From positions 124,001 to 188,000 of the IMG/VR virus record IMGVR_UViG_3300043425_001539: 64,000 nucleotides of DNA. One strand, written 5' to 3'. The translations under genes and the position numbers were made by a program. Below, one piece after another: positions 19,986-30,523 of the stretch. The first letter of the stretch is position 1. Each line of letters begins with the position of its first letter. The notes under the pieces are model-generated. The model ran no database searches and was not told the DNA's origin. It worked only from the letters and a program-made list of their open reading frames with translations.

Positions 19986-20682
19986 ATTTAAAATATTTAA
20001 TTACAAAATCTGATATCGGCGGAAAAAGTTGTTTATTAACCTTTTTTGTGACTGCGTTATTAAGAATAACATTCATTCGTGTGCGGTTAAAATCTTCAAG
20101 AATTGAAGCGTCATCAATTGTTCTGACTAACTTATTATCATAATAAAATTTAACATAATCTTTTTGCCAATCAACTCGATATTTAATAAAATTTTTAGTT
20201 GGATCTTTAAACCCAAAATTATGAGTTTCTCCGCCGCAATCCATTTTTATTCCGTTTTTCTTATAATGCAAATTTGTTTCAACTTTCCAAATATTTCTTG
20301 GCTTAAGTAAATTTATGTTAAAATAATTTGGACACCAATCACTATAACCTTCAAAAACATCAATTTCAGGCGGCCAATCATCCCAGCTCCACATCCAAAA
20401 AGCAGGCCATAAATTTTTTCCATAAGGCAGCTTGGCCTCAACTTCATAACTACCATGAAAAAAGTCTCGATACGTACATGATACTAAACCTATTCCAACC
20501 GTAGATACAACATCTAAGTGTGGAAAATATCTAGGACTGTATGTTGTTTTTAAATGAAGATATCCATTGCCGTCAATCTCAACACAATGTGGATCATACC
20601 ACTGTTCAGATTTTTCGGGATGAATATCACCCCATCTTTCTTGTTTAATCCATTCGTATCCACACCAATTAATAGTTTCCAT
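19966..20682 (-). CDS. Glycoside hydrolase family 16
   Basis: LWPAFWM...WPPEIDVFEG catalytic ExDxxE motif. Confidence 0.85.
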   Translation of the reverse strand: METINWCGYEWIKQERWGDIHPEKSEQWYDPHCVEIDGNGYLHLKTTYSPRYFPHLDVVSTVGIGLVSCTYRDFFHGSYEVEAKLPYGKNLWPAFWMWSWDDWPPEIDVFEGYSDWCPNYFNINLLKPRNIWKVETNLHYKKNGIKMDCGGETHNFGFKDPTKNFIKYRVDWQKDYVKFYYDNKLVRTIDDASILEDFNRTRMNVILNNAVTKKVNKQLFPPISDFVIKYFKYERILF

Positions 20683-20980
20683 TTTTTAATCTTTTTTTTA
20701 TAGGATGCATATCCAATTTATCAACATCTTTTGATAAATTAATAAACATTTTTATAGCTTTTGCAAAATACATACCTTTTCTGTTAAAATGTGAATAACT
20801 AAGATTATTAATATGTAAATCTTTAGGTCCCCACAAGATCCAGTAATTAGTTTTGCGGCTGTCTTTTACTTTAGTATTTTTTTCTTCTTTATCATTTTTT
20901 ATCAGAACTAATTGATTATTTTTTCCAATAAAGTGATTAATAATAAAACAATTTCCTAATTTGGTATGATTTATTAACAT
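20669..20980 (-). CDS. Hypothetical protein
   Basis: 103-aa ORF in operon. Confidence 0.5.
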   Translation of the reverse strand: MLINHTKLGNCFIINHFIGKNNQLVLIKNDKEEKNTKVKDSRKTNYWILWGPKDLHINNLSYSHFNRKGMYFAKAIKMFINLSKDVDKLDMHPIKKRLKNGNY

Positions 20981-20984
20981 AATT

Positions 20985-21170
20985 TTAATTTAAAGAACGT
21001 GTCATAATTTTTTGAATATTTTCTGCGTTTTGATTTTTAAGTAATTTAATGTGATTTATTAAAATACTTATTTCCTCATCTTTTTTAAGAATCAAATCGC
21101 TTTGTGATTTGATTATCTTTTCAAAAGAATCAATGATATCTTTTGCTTCTTTGACAGAGTTAATATCCAT
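20985..21170 (-). CDS. Small coiled-coil hypothetical protein
   Basis: 61-aa ORF following the promoter motif. Confidence 0.5.
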   Translation of the reverse strand: MDINSVKEAKDIIDSFEKIIKSQSDLILKKDEEISILINHIKLLKNQNAENIQKIMTRSLN

Positions 21171-21201
21171 AATGTTTTATTTTTATATACATATATAATA
21201 A

Positions 21202-21234
21202 AAAAGTTCAAAGGAAATTATCCTTTGAACTTTT
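21202..21234 (-). terminator. Intrinsic terminator
   Basis: aaaagttcaaagga...tcctttgaactttt inverted repeat. Confidence 0.75.
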
Positions 21235-21249
21235 AAGTTATTAACATTT

Positions 21250-21939
21250 TTATCGATATAAAGCAACCGGGTATTCTTCTAATTCCCAAGGAACCTTATT
21301 TAAGAAAAAGTTTCTGATTAAAATCATATGCGGGCAATATCTTTCATGCGCATGAATCCTTGTGTTTTCTTTTCCGTATTTAAAATCATTTAATAAAAAA
21401 TCAATAAATTCTTGTTCAAACGGAGTAGAATGTAATTTTTCAAATTCTTCATATAGAAAAAAATGTTTTGCATACTTATAAGGCATCACAGCAAACACAT
21501 CAGATATTAATCCCCACGATTCAGCAACTGAAGTTTTTACAGAATTTAATGATTGATTAATAGTAAAATTTGTTAAAAAAGCAAGATCATACCTTGAAAA
21601 AATTATATTGTCATAAGTATCTTTTGGCACTAAATTATATGCTTCTTTTCTGCCATAGTGCATTGATGCATTTTGCCACAATTTATCACTATTAGGTCCT
21701 TTTAAGAATTTCTTTTTAATTCTTGCTTCTATGTTTAAAAATTCTGAATTATCATTTAGATTTTTGCATTTTATTTGTTTAGGCTTTAATGTATCAACAA
21801 TCTTTTGATATTCTTTTTCATTATTACTCCATAAATGACAATAAACATCAAGATTATTTGCATTAATAAAATTGACTATTGTATCTGCGGTTTTTTCAAA
21901 TGTTCTAAATTCGCCCGCCAAAATTAAACAGTTTTTCAT
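21250..21939 (-). CDS. Putative glycosyltransferase-like protein
   Basis: CLILAGEFRT, DVYCHLW, YDNIIFSRYD and ISDVFA; paralogous to the adjacent gene. Confidence 0.55.
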   Translation of the reverse strand: MKNCLILAGEFRTFEKTADTIVNFINANNLDVYCHLWSNNEKEYQKIVDTLKPKQIKCKNLNDNSEFLNIEARIKKKFLKGPNSDKLWQNASMHYGRKEAYNLVPKDTYDNIIFSRYDLAFLTNFTINQSLNSVKTSVAESWGLISDVFAVMPYKYAKHFFLYEEFEKLHSTPFEQEFIDFLLNDFKYGKENTRIHAHERYCPHMILIRNFFLNKVPWELEEYPVALYR

Positions 21940-22697
21940 TGCTCTAATTGTATCATTTGATGAAATTCATCATTTACCCAAACCCCTTGGATTCTTAACG
22001 GATTTTCTTTTCTGACTAAACCTACATTAATGAACCGATTTCTCATTAAATTGTTTATGACGCCTTCTTTGGTTAATTGAGCTTTAAGCATAGGTTCTCC
22101 GTTCATATCTACTCCTTGGTGGTAAAAGTTTGATAAGTTATCATAAGTACCAGCAATTTTATAAAAATTTTCTTGTGAAGAGATTGAAAAATTATCATTA
22201 AACCACCCCATCACAGGACAATTATCAGGAACCCAAATGCGATCGCCAACCAATTCTTTAAGTGGTCTTAATCCTTTCACGGCTGAATCGGTTCTCATTT
22301 TAAAAACCAAATCATAAGATTTTCCGCTCTGTTTTAAAAGCTCGCCTACTTGTGCTTGCGAATAATACATCCTATGAACTATTTCAGGCGAAGTAGGAGC
22401 GGGTGTTCTTGAAAAAACTTTTGAATCATTAACAAATGTTCTTTCTTCTTCAACCAGCAACGCAGCTGGTTCATAGATATCTTCAATCTTTTCCTTAATG
22501 TTTTCTATATCAATTACAGCTGAAGATTCTTCAATCGAAGTCCACGGAGACCGCATGTAATTTTTTGCATCTTTAGGTTTCCAAAGGTGCATATAAACAT
22601 CAACTTCACCTTCCGCTTTAATATCCCGTAAAAATTCCAGGATTTCAGCGTTGTTATAAAAACGGGGTTGCCCGTAAAAACATAATGCTATTTTCAT
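21936..22697 (-). CDS. Putative glycosyltransferase-like protein
   Basis: MKIALCFYGQPR, DVYMHLW, YDLVFKMRTD, FNDNF and GEPML motifs. Confidence 0.6.
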   Translation of the reverse strand: MKIALCFYGQPRFYNNAEILEFLRDIKAEGEVDVYMHLWKPKDAKNYMRSPWTSIEESSAVIDIENIKEKIEDIYEPAALLVEEERTFVNDSKVFSRTPAPTSPEIVHRMYYSQAQVGELLKQSGKSYDLVFKMRTDSAVKGLRPLKELVGDRIWVPDNCPVMGWFNDNFSISSQENFYKIAGTYDNLSNFYHQGVDMNGEPMLKAQLTKEGVINNLMRNRFINVGLVRKENPLRIQGVWVNDEFHQMIQLEQ

Positions 22698-23581
22698 ACA
22701 AATTTGTTTGTTAAAAGTTCTTTCCAAGGTTGATATCTATCATATTGATGAACTATTGCGTACGGTTCACCCAACGCATTGCATACTTGTCCATCCTTCA
22801 TTTGAGGCAATCCACACAACATAACATCAGTAAATTTTTTATGCGCTCTAAATCTTTCATACGAATCGTATTCACTTCTTTTTTTGGTTGACCATTCAGG
22901 AGTGTTCATAGGAATTGCATACAAAGTTCCTAAATTTGCACACCACGTAGAATCTCCTCCACATATTTTGGTTTTTTCATCAAAAATTCGGCGAATTGCT
23001 AAATTATAATAGCACTGATCAACAAAAGCACCAGGGTCTTTGCCAAAATATGCAAGTTCAGCTATTGCGGTAAATACTTTAATTATCATGTCTTTTTTGC
23101 CAGCAATAATACCTGAACATAAAGTTTCATAATTTTTCATAAGATCAAAAAAGGTGTTTCCAAAATGACGTTGTAACATATCACCATTCCAATCTTCATG
23201 TTTATACTTTACTCCTTCGCCTGTTGCTATAATACTATATTCTTCAATGTTATCTTTTACCCATTTTCCTGGGTCAGATTGAAACACAACATCTCTTATG
23301 TCTGTGGTGATAACAACATCATAATTTTTCCCGTATTCACCTTCTAATATACCAGCAAAATCCAAAAATCTTTGAGTTGCAATGTTTAAATCTCCATTTA
23401 CAGTTCCTAGAATAACTCCGATATTTTGACTTTTAAGATATTCAGGTACTGTTTCGTCAATAGGATCATATACTACAACCAATACATCTCCATCAAATTC
23501 TACTTTTTTAAGACTATTTACCCAAGGTTTTAAATCATCAACTGTATAACCTCCAGCTGCTGCAATTAAACAAGTTTTCAT
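22694..23581 (-). CDS. GT-A fold glycosyltransferase-like protein
   Basis: TTDIRDVVFQSDP, CSGIIAG, DQCYYN and IVHQYDR motifs. Confidence 0.65.
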   Translation of the reverse strand: MKTCLIAAAGGYTVDDLKPWVNSLKKVEFDGDVLVVVYDPIDETVPEYLKSQNIGVILGTVNGDLNIATQRFLDFAGILEGEYGKNYDVVITTDIRDVVFQSDPGKWVKDNIEEYSIIATGEGVKYKHEDWNGDMLQRHFGNTFFDLMKNYETLCSGIIAGKKDMIIKVFTAIAELAYFGKDPGAFVDQCYYNLAIRRIFDEKTKICGGDSTWCANLGTLYAIPMNTPEWSTKKRSEYDSYERFRAHKKFTDVMLCGLPQMKDGQVCNALGEPYAIVHQYDRYQPWKELLTNKFV

Positions 23582-24732
23582 ATTTGTGACTTTTTGTGTT
23601 TAAGATAATCAAATAATTCTTTTTCGTTAAAGCGCCCAAGATTTTTTTGCGCAAACCACATATTTTTTCTAATCCGTGCTTTATTTTTTGCATCAAGTTT
23701 TGGATTTTTAAGAAGGTGCATACATGCTGTTTCACATTCTTGAAACCGACCGGTATGAAAAGCTGATACTGAAAATTCATCAAGAGCAAGAAATTCATAT
23801 GCAGCGGTTGCAATGAATAATAAATCTTTTTGAGGATAGGGAGTTTGCGCAGCAATCTTACCAAAATAATATGCATGTTCAAGCATTCGTCTTTTCCTTG
23901 CCTCAATTGCAAGAAGCCAAACAGGTTCAAGACGCCATGGTCTTAAAGACCATGCTTTCATAAGATCAGGTAAAAAATCATGCCAACTATCACCTCGATT
24001 AACTTTACCCCATCCTACCATATATTGTGCGTACCACACTTCCTCGTCCCATCCACCTGCTTCTACGCGTTTTTGATACCATTCAATTGATTTATCCCAT
24101 TGATCCGTATCTCTGTATGATTGAGCAAGATAGAACATATATCGCGCATTCCAAGGCTCATCAGCAATTCCTTGTGTTAATAAACGTATGTCCCGTTCAA
24201 ATTTGTCGTGCTTTGATCCGCCGTCGGATATATCATTAAACCACAAAGAATCCATTTTTTCTCTGGATTTAAAACCTCCTTCACAATCATAATATTCGTG
24301 AGTTACGCCGATACATCGCCATGTTTTTTGTGCATTTAATAATCGAAAGTTGTAATAACTTGTTCCATTATTTTCCTGCATCACATCGTATGCATCAATT
24401 CTTTGATCTAACATGGATTTTTTAAATCCTCTGTTTTCCAATACCATGTCAGCATCAGTAAGAAGAATCCAGTCCCCCCACTTAGTTGCATATGATAAAG
24501 CTTCGTCACGATTATGACCAAAATTAATCCAAGGTCTTTCAATTAATTCACCAGGCTTGTCTTTAAGAAATTTTTTAATTAGATCCTGTGTTCCATCAGT
24601 TGATCCAGTGTCAACTATGCACCATGTGTCAATTATATCATAAACAGATTTTAGACACCTTTCGATAATTTTTGACTCATTTTTGACAATCATATTAAGC
24701 ACGATTGTCTTGCCATTCTTTTTAATGCTCAT
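23578..24732 (-). CDS. GT2 glycosyltransferase with TPR repeats
   Basis: MIVKNES..IERCL, VDTGSTDGT, NFGHNR, TDAD and VTHE motifs; TPR-like FYLAQSY. Confidence 0.85.
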   Translation of the reverse strand: MSIKKNGKTIVLNMIVKNESKIIERCLKSVYDIIDTWCIVDTGSTDGTQDLIKKFLKDKPGELIERPWINFGHNRDEALSYATKWGDWILLTDADMVLENRGFKKSMLDQRIDAYDVMQENNGTSYYNFRLLNAQKTWRCIGVTHEYYDCEGGFKSREKMDSLWFNDISDGGSKHDKFERDIRLLTQGIADEPWNARYMFYLAQSYRDTDQWDKSIEWYQKRVEAGGWDEEVWYAQYMVGWGKVNRGDSWHDFLPDLMKAWSLRPWRLEPVWLLAIEARKRRMLEHAYYFGKIAAQTPYPQKDLLFIATAAYEFLALDEFSVSAFHTGRFQECETACMHLLKNPKLDAKNKARIRKNMWFAQKNLGRFNEKELFDYLKHKKSQI

Positions 24733-24783
24733 TAATTTTTTGTTTTAACAATTTATATATCTTAAATTAATTATTATCAGAAA

Positions 24784-25620
24784 TTAAATCCAACCGTTTT
24801 CTTTAATTTGATTTATAACATATTCAGGAGTAATAGTTTTGGAACATTCAAATTGCTTATTAGTTCCTTTGTTTATAGGGCACCACATCCAATCCATAGG
24901 GTCAAACTTAAATTTATTAACTTCGTGAAAACAACCGTGACATACATTAGGATTTATAATTCTTACACAATCTTCAACAAATTCATTCCAAGTATGCGTT
25001 ACACCGGATATCATTACTACCTTTTTGCCCATTGCGTGTGCCACCCAAGCCATTCCTGATGAAACTCCTACAAAAAAATCAGAGTGGTAAATGTAATTCA
25101 TGGAATCTTCTATCGAATTATCCAATCTTCTAACCGCTGATTTTGGAACATAGTTCCAATTGCCCGGGACTCCAAAAGATTCACCTTGATCTATACAAAC
25201 CGGAGTTATTTCATTTTTTCTCAACATTTTACTCAAAATATCCCAACCGTTTGGATAATTCCAATATTTGCATTGAGCGGTAGTGTGCATTCCTATGGAA
25301 GCATATCTTGATTTAATAGGTCTATCTTTAGGTGTAAAATCAACTTTAGGTCTAATGTAAGTCCAGTCAGTAAACCCTAAATCCCTGGCAAAACCTTCTT
25401 GCAATGGAAGATCAAAATGATAATTAATTTCTACCACTTTATCAAATTGAACATTTACATGATCAAAATTTAACGTTGGATATGAATTTCTAAAAAGTTT
25501 AGACCAAGCGCACTCTACATAAACCTCACATTTTTCACGCTTTTGAAATTCAAGAACAGCAGGCATACCACCTATGGTATCACCCAAAGATTTAGTTGTA
25601 AATTTAACAAGTATTTTCAT
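24784..25620 (-). CDS. Protein O-heptosyltransferase-like (Aah/TibC, GT9-like)
   Basis: SLGDTIG, TAQCKYWN and GVSSGMAWVAHA; Cys iron-finger pattern VCHGC...WCP...FECSKTI. Confidence 0.75.
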   Translation of the reverse strand: MKILVKFTTKSLGDTIGGMPAVLEFQKREKCEVYVECAWSKLFRNSYPTLNFDHVNVQFDKVVEINYHFDLPLQEGFARDLGFTDWTYIRPKVDFTPKDRPIKSRYASIGMHTTAQCKYWNYPNGWDILSKMLRKNEITPVCIDQGESFGVPGNWNYVPKSAVRRLDNSIEDSMNYIYHSDFFVGVSSGMAWVAHAMGKKVVMISGVTHTWNEFVEDCVRIINPNVCHGCFHEVNKFKFDPMDWMWCPINKGTNKQFECSKTITPEYVINQIKENGWI

Positions 25621-25874
25621 TAAAATTGTTTTAAACGGCCAGATTTCCAATCTTCCATTGTATGCTCAACATCAATTGTATGTTCACTGGAATAAAAATG
25701 CAAAATTGGTTTATCATTTTTATTTTTGCCGATTAAATTTAATCCGCACCCTTCGCATAACACAGGATAACACTCGTTTGCCTTTATCTCTTCCAAAATT
25801 TTATAAACATCAATGCCTGGTTTAATCTTTTTTCCAAACATTTCTTTTGAACATACATTGCAAAAATCTGCCAT
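25620..25874 (-). CDS. Small Zn-finger-like protein
   Basis: MADFCNVC...LCEGCG. Confidence 0.6.
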   Translation of the reverse strand: MADFCNVCSKEMFGKKIKPGIDVYKILEEIKANECYPVLCEGCGLNLIGKNKNDKPILHFYSSEHTIDVEHTMEDWKSGRLKQF

Positions 25875-25888
25875 AATGATTTAATAAT

Positions 25889-26389
25889 TTAATATTGTGA
25901 GGTGAAAAATTTATTTGGGTATGTTATATCAAAAGAAGAATTTGTCCCGAAAGATATTGATTCAACAAAATCTTGATATTGACTTTTTAATTTAGATTCT
26001 GTCACAAAAACTTGAGTTTCAAGATCTTTAATTCTTTCCTTAAGATTATTAACATCGGACAAACCCAGCAATTTGTATAAAGAGTCAATTAAATCTTTGT
26101 TATGCAATTTAATTTCTTCTAAAATTTCTTCTGAATGATCACTTTGTAAAAGACCAACAAGCTTTTGAATGCACTGAGTTATTTCTTCTTCAATAGGATC
26201 GACAATTTCAAAATAGTCTTCGTAATTTGGTACAATAGAAAGAAATATATCTTTGGATGTATTTTCATCTAATGTTAGTGTAATATACCCATCTGACTTC
26301 CATGTTACATAAGAATCCTTACTTATGCTAAATATTTCTGTTCCATGCAAAACAAAAAAATCTTTAATTACTCTAAGTTTTTTTTCCAT
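25889..26389 (-). CDS. Hypothetical protein
   Basis: 166-aa ORF. Confidence 0.55.
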   Translation of the reverse strand: MEKKLRVIKDFFVLHGTEIFSISKDSYVTWKSDGYITLTLDENTSKDIFLSIVPNYEDYFEIVDPIEEEITQCIQKLVGLLQSDHSEEILEEIKLHNKDLIDSLYKLLGLSDVNNLKERIKDLETQVFVTESKLKSQYQDFVESISFGTNSSFDITYPNKFFTSQY

Positions 26390-26398
26390 AGTATAAAT

Positions 26399-26647
26399 TT
26401 AATTAATAACCCAACCTTTGGATAATGAATTATTTAGCCAAGTATCAACGTCTTTTTGAATAATCATGCTTACTTGTTCATACTTTTTTGTTGTGTTTCG
26501 TATTTTCACAACATAAACAAACCAAGAATCATCCGGGTCTTCAATGTATTCTATTGAATATGGCGAACGTTTCTTAGTAAGAACATAAAGTTTTTTTGCT
26601 TCTTTTAATTCTTCAGCATATTTATCAAAATTTACTTTGCCTTTCAT
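26399..26647 (-). CDS. Hypothetical protein
   Basis: 82-aa ORF with ATGA coupling. Confidence 0.55.
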   Translation of the reverse strand: MKGKVNFDKYAEELKEAKKLYVLTKKRSPYSIEYIEDPDDSWFVYVVKIRNTTKKYEQVSMIIQKDVDTWLNNSLSKGWVIN

Positions 26648-27078
26648 TCATATTTATCTTTTGAGACTGTAATTTTTGCAATTATTCTTCTGCTATCTAA
26701 TTTTTCTATTGTCTCTTCAACCATTTTTTGATATTCCACATCAACGTTATAATCACTTATAAGGGAAGATTTGCGATACACTGGGGTAATTATTGCGCTA
26801 TTGCCCATAGGTGAAATCTCGTCAATTCTAAAGACGGACAGCGCTATCCCATGCTTATCTTCAAACGCTTTCGAAATATAATCGCCTGCTTCTATGGGTA
26901 TTAACGCTTGTTTTTCTCTATCTTGATCAGCAAAAATTGCATATTTTAAATTTTTATCTTTTCCGTAAATAACAGTTGATCTTCTAAGGTCAGAAAAAGT
27001 CATAACGCTTTCCCATAAGCAAGGCACTCCATTTCTTGTTCTTGCAATTTTAATCTTCTTTTCTTTAATTTCTTCCAT
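26644..27078 (-). CDS. Hypothetical protein
   Basis: 144-aa ORF. Confidence 0.6.
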   Translation of the reverse strand: MEEIKEKKIKIARTRNGVPCLWESVMTFSDLRRSTVIYGKDKNLKYAIFADQDREKQALIPIEAGDYISKAFEDKHGIALSVFRIDEISPMGNSAIITPVYRKSSLISDYNVDVEYQKMVEETIEKLDSRRIIAKITVSKDKYE

Positions 27079-27085
27079 AATTTTA

Positions 27086-27943
27086 TTATTGAATCCAAAA
27101 ATAATTACTTAAAATTTCTTTTGCTGATTCATTGGTTATTTTAGTTTCGTTGGATTGATTAACTAATTCCTGTACGTCGGAAATAAATTTTTGCCCAGTT
27201 GGCAATAATATATATTGCCCATCTTTAGAATTAAATAGCGGTTCTTTAAGCATAAAATAGACAGGATCTTTTGCAGATTCTTTGGATATACGATCAGCTT
27301 TTTCAAAGTGTCTTTCATAATAATGAATATTATCAGCACAATGATAATACTTACCAAGTTCAATATCTTGATATGTTTCACGAAGCCAATGCCACATTGT
27401 CTGTTGAACAAAAGCAAAAAAAGGAGCATCAAAAGTCAATCCATAAAACATATCATTTGACCTCATTTGTACTTTCATATTTAATTTATTATCTCTAATC
27501 CAAAAATTAAGATACATTGTACAAACAAAATCTTTATTGCCTTCATATTGGTATTTAGGACGATTAACAAAACATACCGCTTGACGTGTATGTTTGTCCT
27601 TAATTAATGATTTTTTTGCCCATTCTAATTGTTCATCAAACAAAATGTACCCATAGTTTGAATTTACATACCCTTCGGGTGTTGCAATTTTTTGCCAAAA
27701 GTTTGAAAAATTATTAATAAAACTTGTGTTTGTATCACGTTGCAAATACCAAGATAATTCTCCTAAAAAATATTTCCAATCAAAAGGTCTTGCCTTAAAA
27801 TCTAAAATTGTAAAATTAGGATCAAGTTCAAGTGTTTGAAGCTCAAGTTCTTTTACCTGAAGACCTCTGGGTGAAGAATGAATTCCTTCATTGTTAATTT
27901 TTTCAATTAGCTGTTTAAACTGATTATTTATAGAATTATTCAT
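27086..27943 (-). CDS. Thymidylate synthase-family enzyme, probably dCMP-modifying (hydroxymethylase/hydroxylase-like)
   Basis: SNYG, TRQA, DFVCT catalytic Cys, MRSND and HYYERH motifs; Asp (GLTFDAP) at the position of ThyA Asn177. Confidence 0.75.
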   Translation of the reverse strand: MNNSINNQFKQLIEKINNEGIHSSPRGLQVKELELQTLELDPNFTILDFKARPFDWKYFLGELSWYLQRDTNTSFINNFSNFWQKIATPEGYVNSNYGYILFDEQLEWAKKSLIKDKHTRQAVCFVNRPKYQYEGNKDFVCTMYLNFWIRDNKLNMKVQMRSNDMFYGLTFDAPFFAFVQQTMWHWLRETYQDIELGKYYHCADNIHYYERHFEKADRISKESAKDPVYFMLKEPLFNSKDGQYILLPTGQKFISDVQELVNQSNETKITNESAKEILSNYFWIQ

Positions 27944-28502
27944 TAATAAAAGATTTGATTTGATTGTATATTAAATTAAAGTCTGTATAACTATTATCTT
28001 TGTTTACTTTAATTTTCATTTTATTGATAATTGATGATTTTTCATATGCATTTAAAAATAAATCAATTTCTTTTTGTTTATCTTCTATTTTTGCTGAATA
28101 TGAGTTGCCATCATCTTTTGATGCAACAAATTCGGCATCAGCATATAAAAGAATTAAATAAATTTCAGTGTTTTTATAAAATGAAAAATCTTGTTCTAAA
28201 TGCCAAACCCAGGATTCGGGATTACTATTCCTAAATAACTGTCCATATACAAGTTCACCAATATGAGACCTATTCCAAAACATTATCATATCATTCTTAT
28301 AATACTTATCATTATTTAATGTCCAATATAAACGAAAGTTATCGAAAAAAGTTTTTTTCTGATATTTTGTTTTTTCTTCATTCGTATTACCTATAGGAAA
28401 CGACCAATGTTTTTTAATCACATTTCTTTTTTCTTCAACCAATTTATTAATAACAGTATCTTTTCCTGTTCTATCGGTACCTTCTAATATAATAAGTTTC
28501 AT
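27936..28502 (-). CDS. dNMP / thymidylate kinase
   Basis: P-loop ILEGTDRTGKDT; NRSHIGELVYG. Confidence 0.8.
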   Translation of the reverse strand: MKLIILEGTDRTGKDTVINKLVEEKRNVIKKHWSFPIGNTNEEKTKYQKKTFFDNFRLYWTLNNDKYYKNDMIMFWNRSHIGELVYGQLFRNSNPESWVWHLEQDFSFYKNTEIYLILLYADAEFVASKDDGNSYSAKIEDKQKEIDLFLNAYEKSSIINKMKIKVNKDNSYTDFNLIYNQIKSFINE

Positions 28503-28535
28503 ATTGTTTTTATATTCAAAAGATTTTATAAAGTT

Positions 28536-29300
28536 TTATAAATATCTTCGGGCAATAATGTTGTATGTAGTATCAATATTTTTAATATTAACTTCGGTTA
28601 ATGCATCGATGTATTTCTTGTTTGTCGATTCCCAGATATGGTGACAGTATGCATTAGGATATTCGTGTGCTTCTTCAAATAATTTTATGGATCCTGTCTT
28701 AGACCATGTTGGGTAATGAAAGGCATCATAAGGTAAAATGGTCAAATGATCATTATATGCACCACTCTCCCACATTTTAAGTGGTAATTTTATTGAATGA
28801 ATATTCCAAGTATCATCTTTTAGCCCAGTTGCTGAAAATGTTTTATACTCTTCATACCAATCGGCAATAAATTTATTATTAGGCTCGGCTAAAATAACAG
28901 CGTTACCAATACCTAATTCTCGTTTACCTTCGTACCCTATAACACATTTATGAATTAACAAATCATTATACGATTTAACTGTAATTGTATCAATGTCCAA
29001 ATAAATTCCACCTACTTTTTTGAGTATTTCTAAACGTAAAACATCAGCTTGATGCGCAGGGTGTTTAACAGGATTACCAAATATTTCTGTTGGCGGTTGA
29101 ATAATATTTAGCTTAACATATTCTTTAGATTTAACAATATCCCACCATTCTCCCGTAGGTTCTTGGTCGCAATATAAATCAATAGAAAATCCTGGATTAC
29201 AGATAAAAGCTGATTCTATTGCAAGATAGTGAGTAATTCCAAATGATTTATGTTTATTTTCTTTTGATAAAAAAATGAAATGTATTTTATTAGGTATCAT
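28536..29300 (-). CDS. GT32-like glycosyltransferase (DXD motif)
   Basis: IPNKIHFI and HQADVLRLEILKKVGGIYLDIDT. Confidence 0.85.
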   Translation of the reverse strand: MIPNKIHFIFLSKENKHKSFGITHYLAIESAFICNPGFSIDLYCDQEPTGEWWDIVKSKEYVKLNIIQPPTEIFGNPVKHPAHQADVLRLEILKKVGGIYLDIDTITVKSYNDLLIHKCVIGYEGKRELGIGNAVILAEPNNKFIADWYEEYKTFSATGLKDDTWNIHSIKLPLKMWESGAYNDHLTILPYDAFHYPTWSKTGSIKLFEEAHEYPNAYCHHIWESTNKKYIDALTEVNIKNIDTTYNIIARRYL

Positions 29301-29301
29301 A

Positions 29302-30516
29302 TTAAAATAGGTTTTTTGATTTTATATTTTTATGCGTATAATCTATCTTTTGTAAAATATTATTTTGTTTCACAAATTCACCCCCAAAATCTTTGATTTC
29401 TCCTTTTATGAATCTAACTACTTCATTTGTCCAATCCATCGCAGTGGTCACAGGAACATTTTGACAAATGTGATTCATTTTAACGGCTGTCATTTCAAAA
29501 TCGTGTGGCAATCCCATTAAATGCATTGCTTCTCTAATCGTTAATCCTCTTTCTTTGGTTGGATGAATAATTGAAGAATTTTTAGAAATAATTGCATTGG
29601 TTGCATCTTTAAAAATAAGAGGAGAACCATCCCACCATCCTAAGTTCATTGACATTTTATTTTTAACATGCGCTGCTATTTTTTCTATTCCTTTTTCGTT
29701 GTTTTCACGCCCCCAATTTTCAAATTCATTCAATAAATTTTCCTTTATTACCCATTGTAACATTGTTTTGTATGAGCTGTCAGTTATTTTCTGAATAGTC
29801 CATCCTTTTTCTTTTGCAAAAAGAAACCAAGGATTATTTTTAATGTCTCCAATTCCAAAAAATTCGTCCATGTGTTTGACGTTATCAGGTATTTGATCCA
29901 AATATTCGGCTAAATTAGGAGCTTTTCTACTATAAAAATTTAGAATAGGAGCTTCGCTGTCTTTCCAAAAAAAATAAAAAGTTCGCATTCGATGTTGAGG
30001 TATTCCGTGTAAAAAAGTATCGGTTTTAATCACTGACATTGAATACCCAAATTCTTTTCCGATTGACCGTAAATTTTCAAGTACTTTTTCTCCCATTCCA
30101 CTGTATAGTCCAGGTGCATTTTCTCCCCAAAAAACTTTTGGTTTAATTTGTCCTAAAACCAATTTAGCGGTTTTATACATCCATTCATTTTGTATTGCAT
30201 CCGCCCCTCGTGCTCTATCAGAACCTCCATTATTGCTATTTAGCATTGATAATCCTGCACAAGGACAAACGCTTGAAACAAAATCAACATCTTCAAATAA
30301 AGCACTTTCTACATCAGGTAATGTATTTTCATCTGGGTCAACCAACATATACGGGCTTTCGGAAAAATAATTAATGCAATGACTATCATTATCCTGAAAC
30401 GCAGGATAAGATAGAATAAAAGATGGCTCCGATTCTGTAACTTTTTTATTTGCTACTGTCATCCCACCAATAAGCGGTACAACACTTCCGTATTTAATTT
30501 TTTTAATAGACTTCAT
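29302..30516 (-). CDS. DNA cytosine-C5 methyltransferase-like protein with degenerate SAM-binding motif I
   Basis: CPCAGLS (motif IV), GENAPGL (VI), PQHRMRTF (VIII), RGLTIREAMHLMGLP and QNVPV; motif I reads VPLIGG instead of FxGxGG. Confidence 0.75.
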   Translation of the reverse strand: MKSIKKIKYGSVVPLIGGMTVANKKVTESEPSFILSYPAFQDNDSHCINYFSESPYMLVDPDENTLPDVESALFEDVDFVSSVCPCAGLSMLNSNNGGSDRARGADAIQNEWMYKTAKLVLGQIKPKVFWGENAPGLYSGMGEKVLENLRSIGKEFGYSMSVIKTDTFLHGIPQHRMRTFYFFWKDSEAPILNFYSRKAPNLAEYLDQIPDNVKHMDEFFGIGDIKNNPWFLFAKEKGWTIQKITDSSYKTMLQWVIKENLLNEFENWGRENNEKGIEKIAAHVKNKMSMNLGWWDGSPLIFKDATNAIISKNSSIIHPTKERGLTIREAMHLMGLPHDFEMTAVKMNHICQNVPVTTAMDWTNEVVRFIKGEIKDFGGEFVKQNNILQKIDYTHKNIKSKNLF

Positions 30517-30523
30517 TTTTTTG

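Noticed and set aside
27086-27943. Plain thyA assignment
   Set aside because: Asp replaces the ThyA specificity Asn and the context is a modification cluster, so the symbol was withheld.
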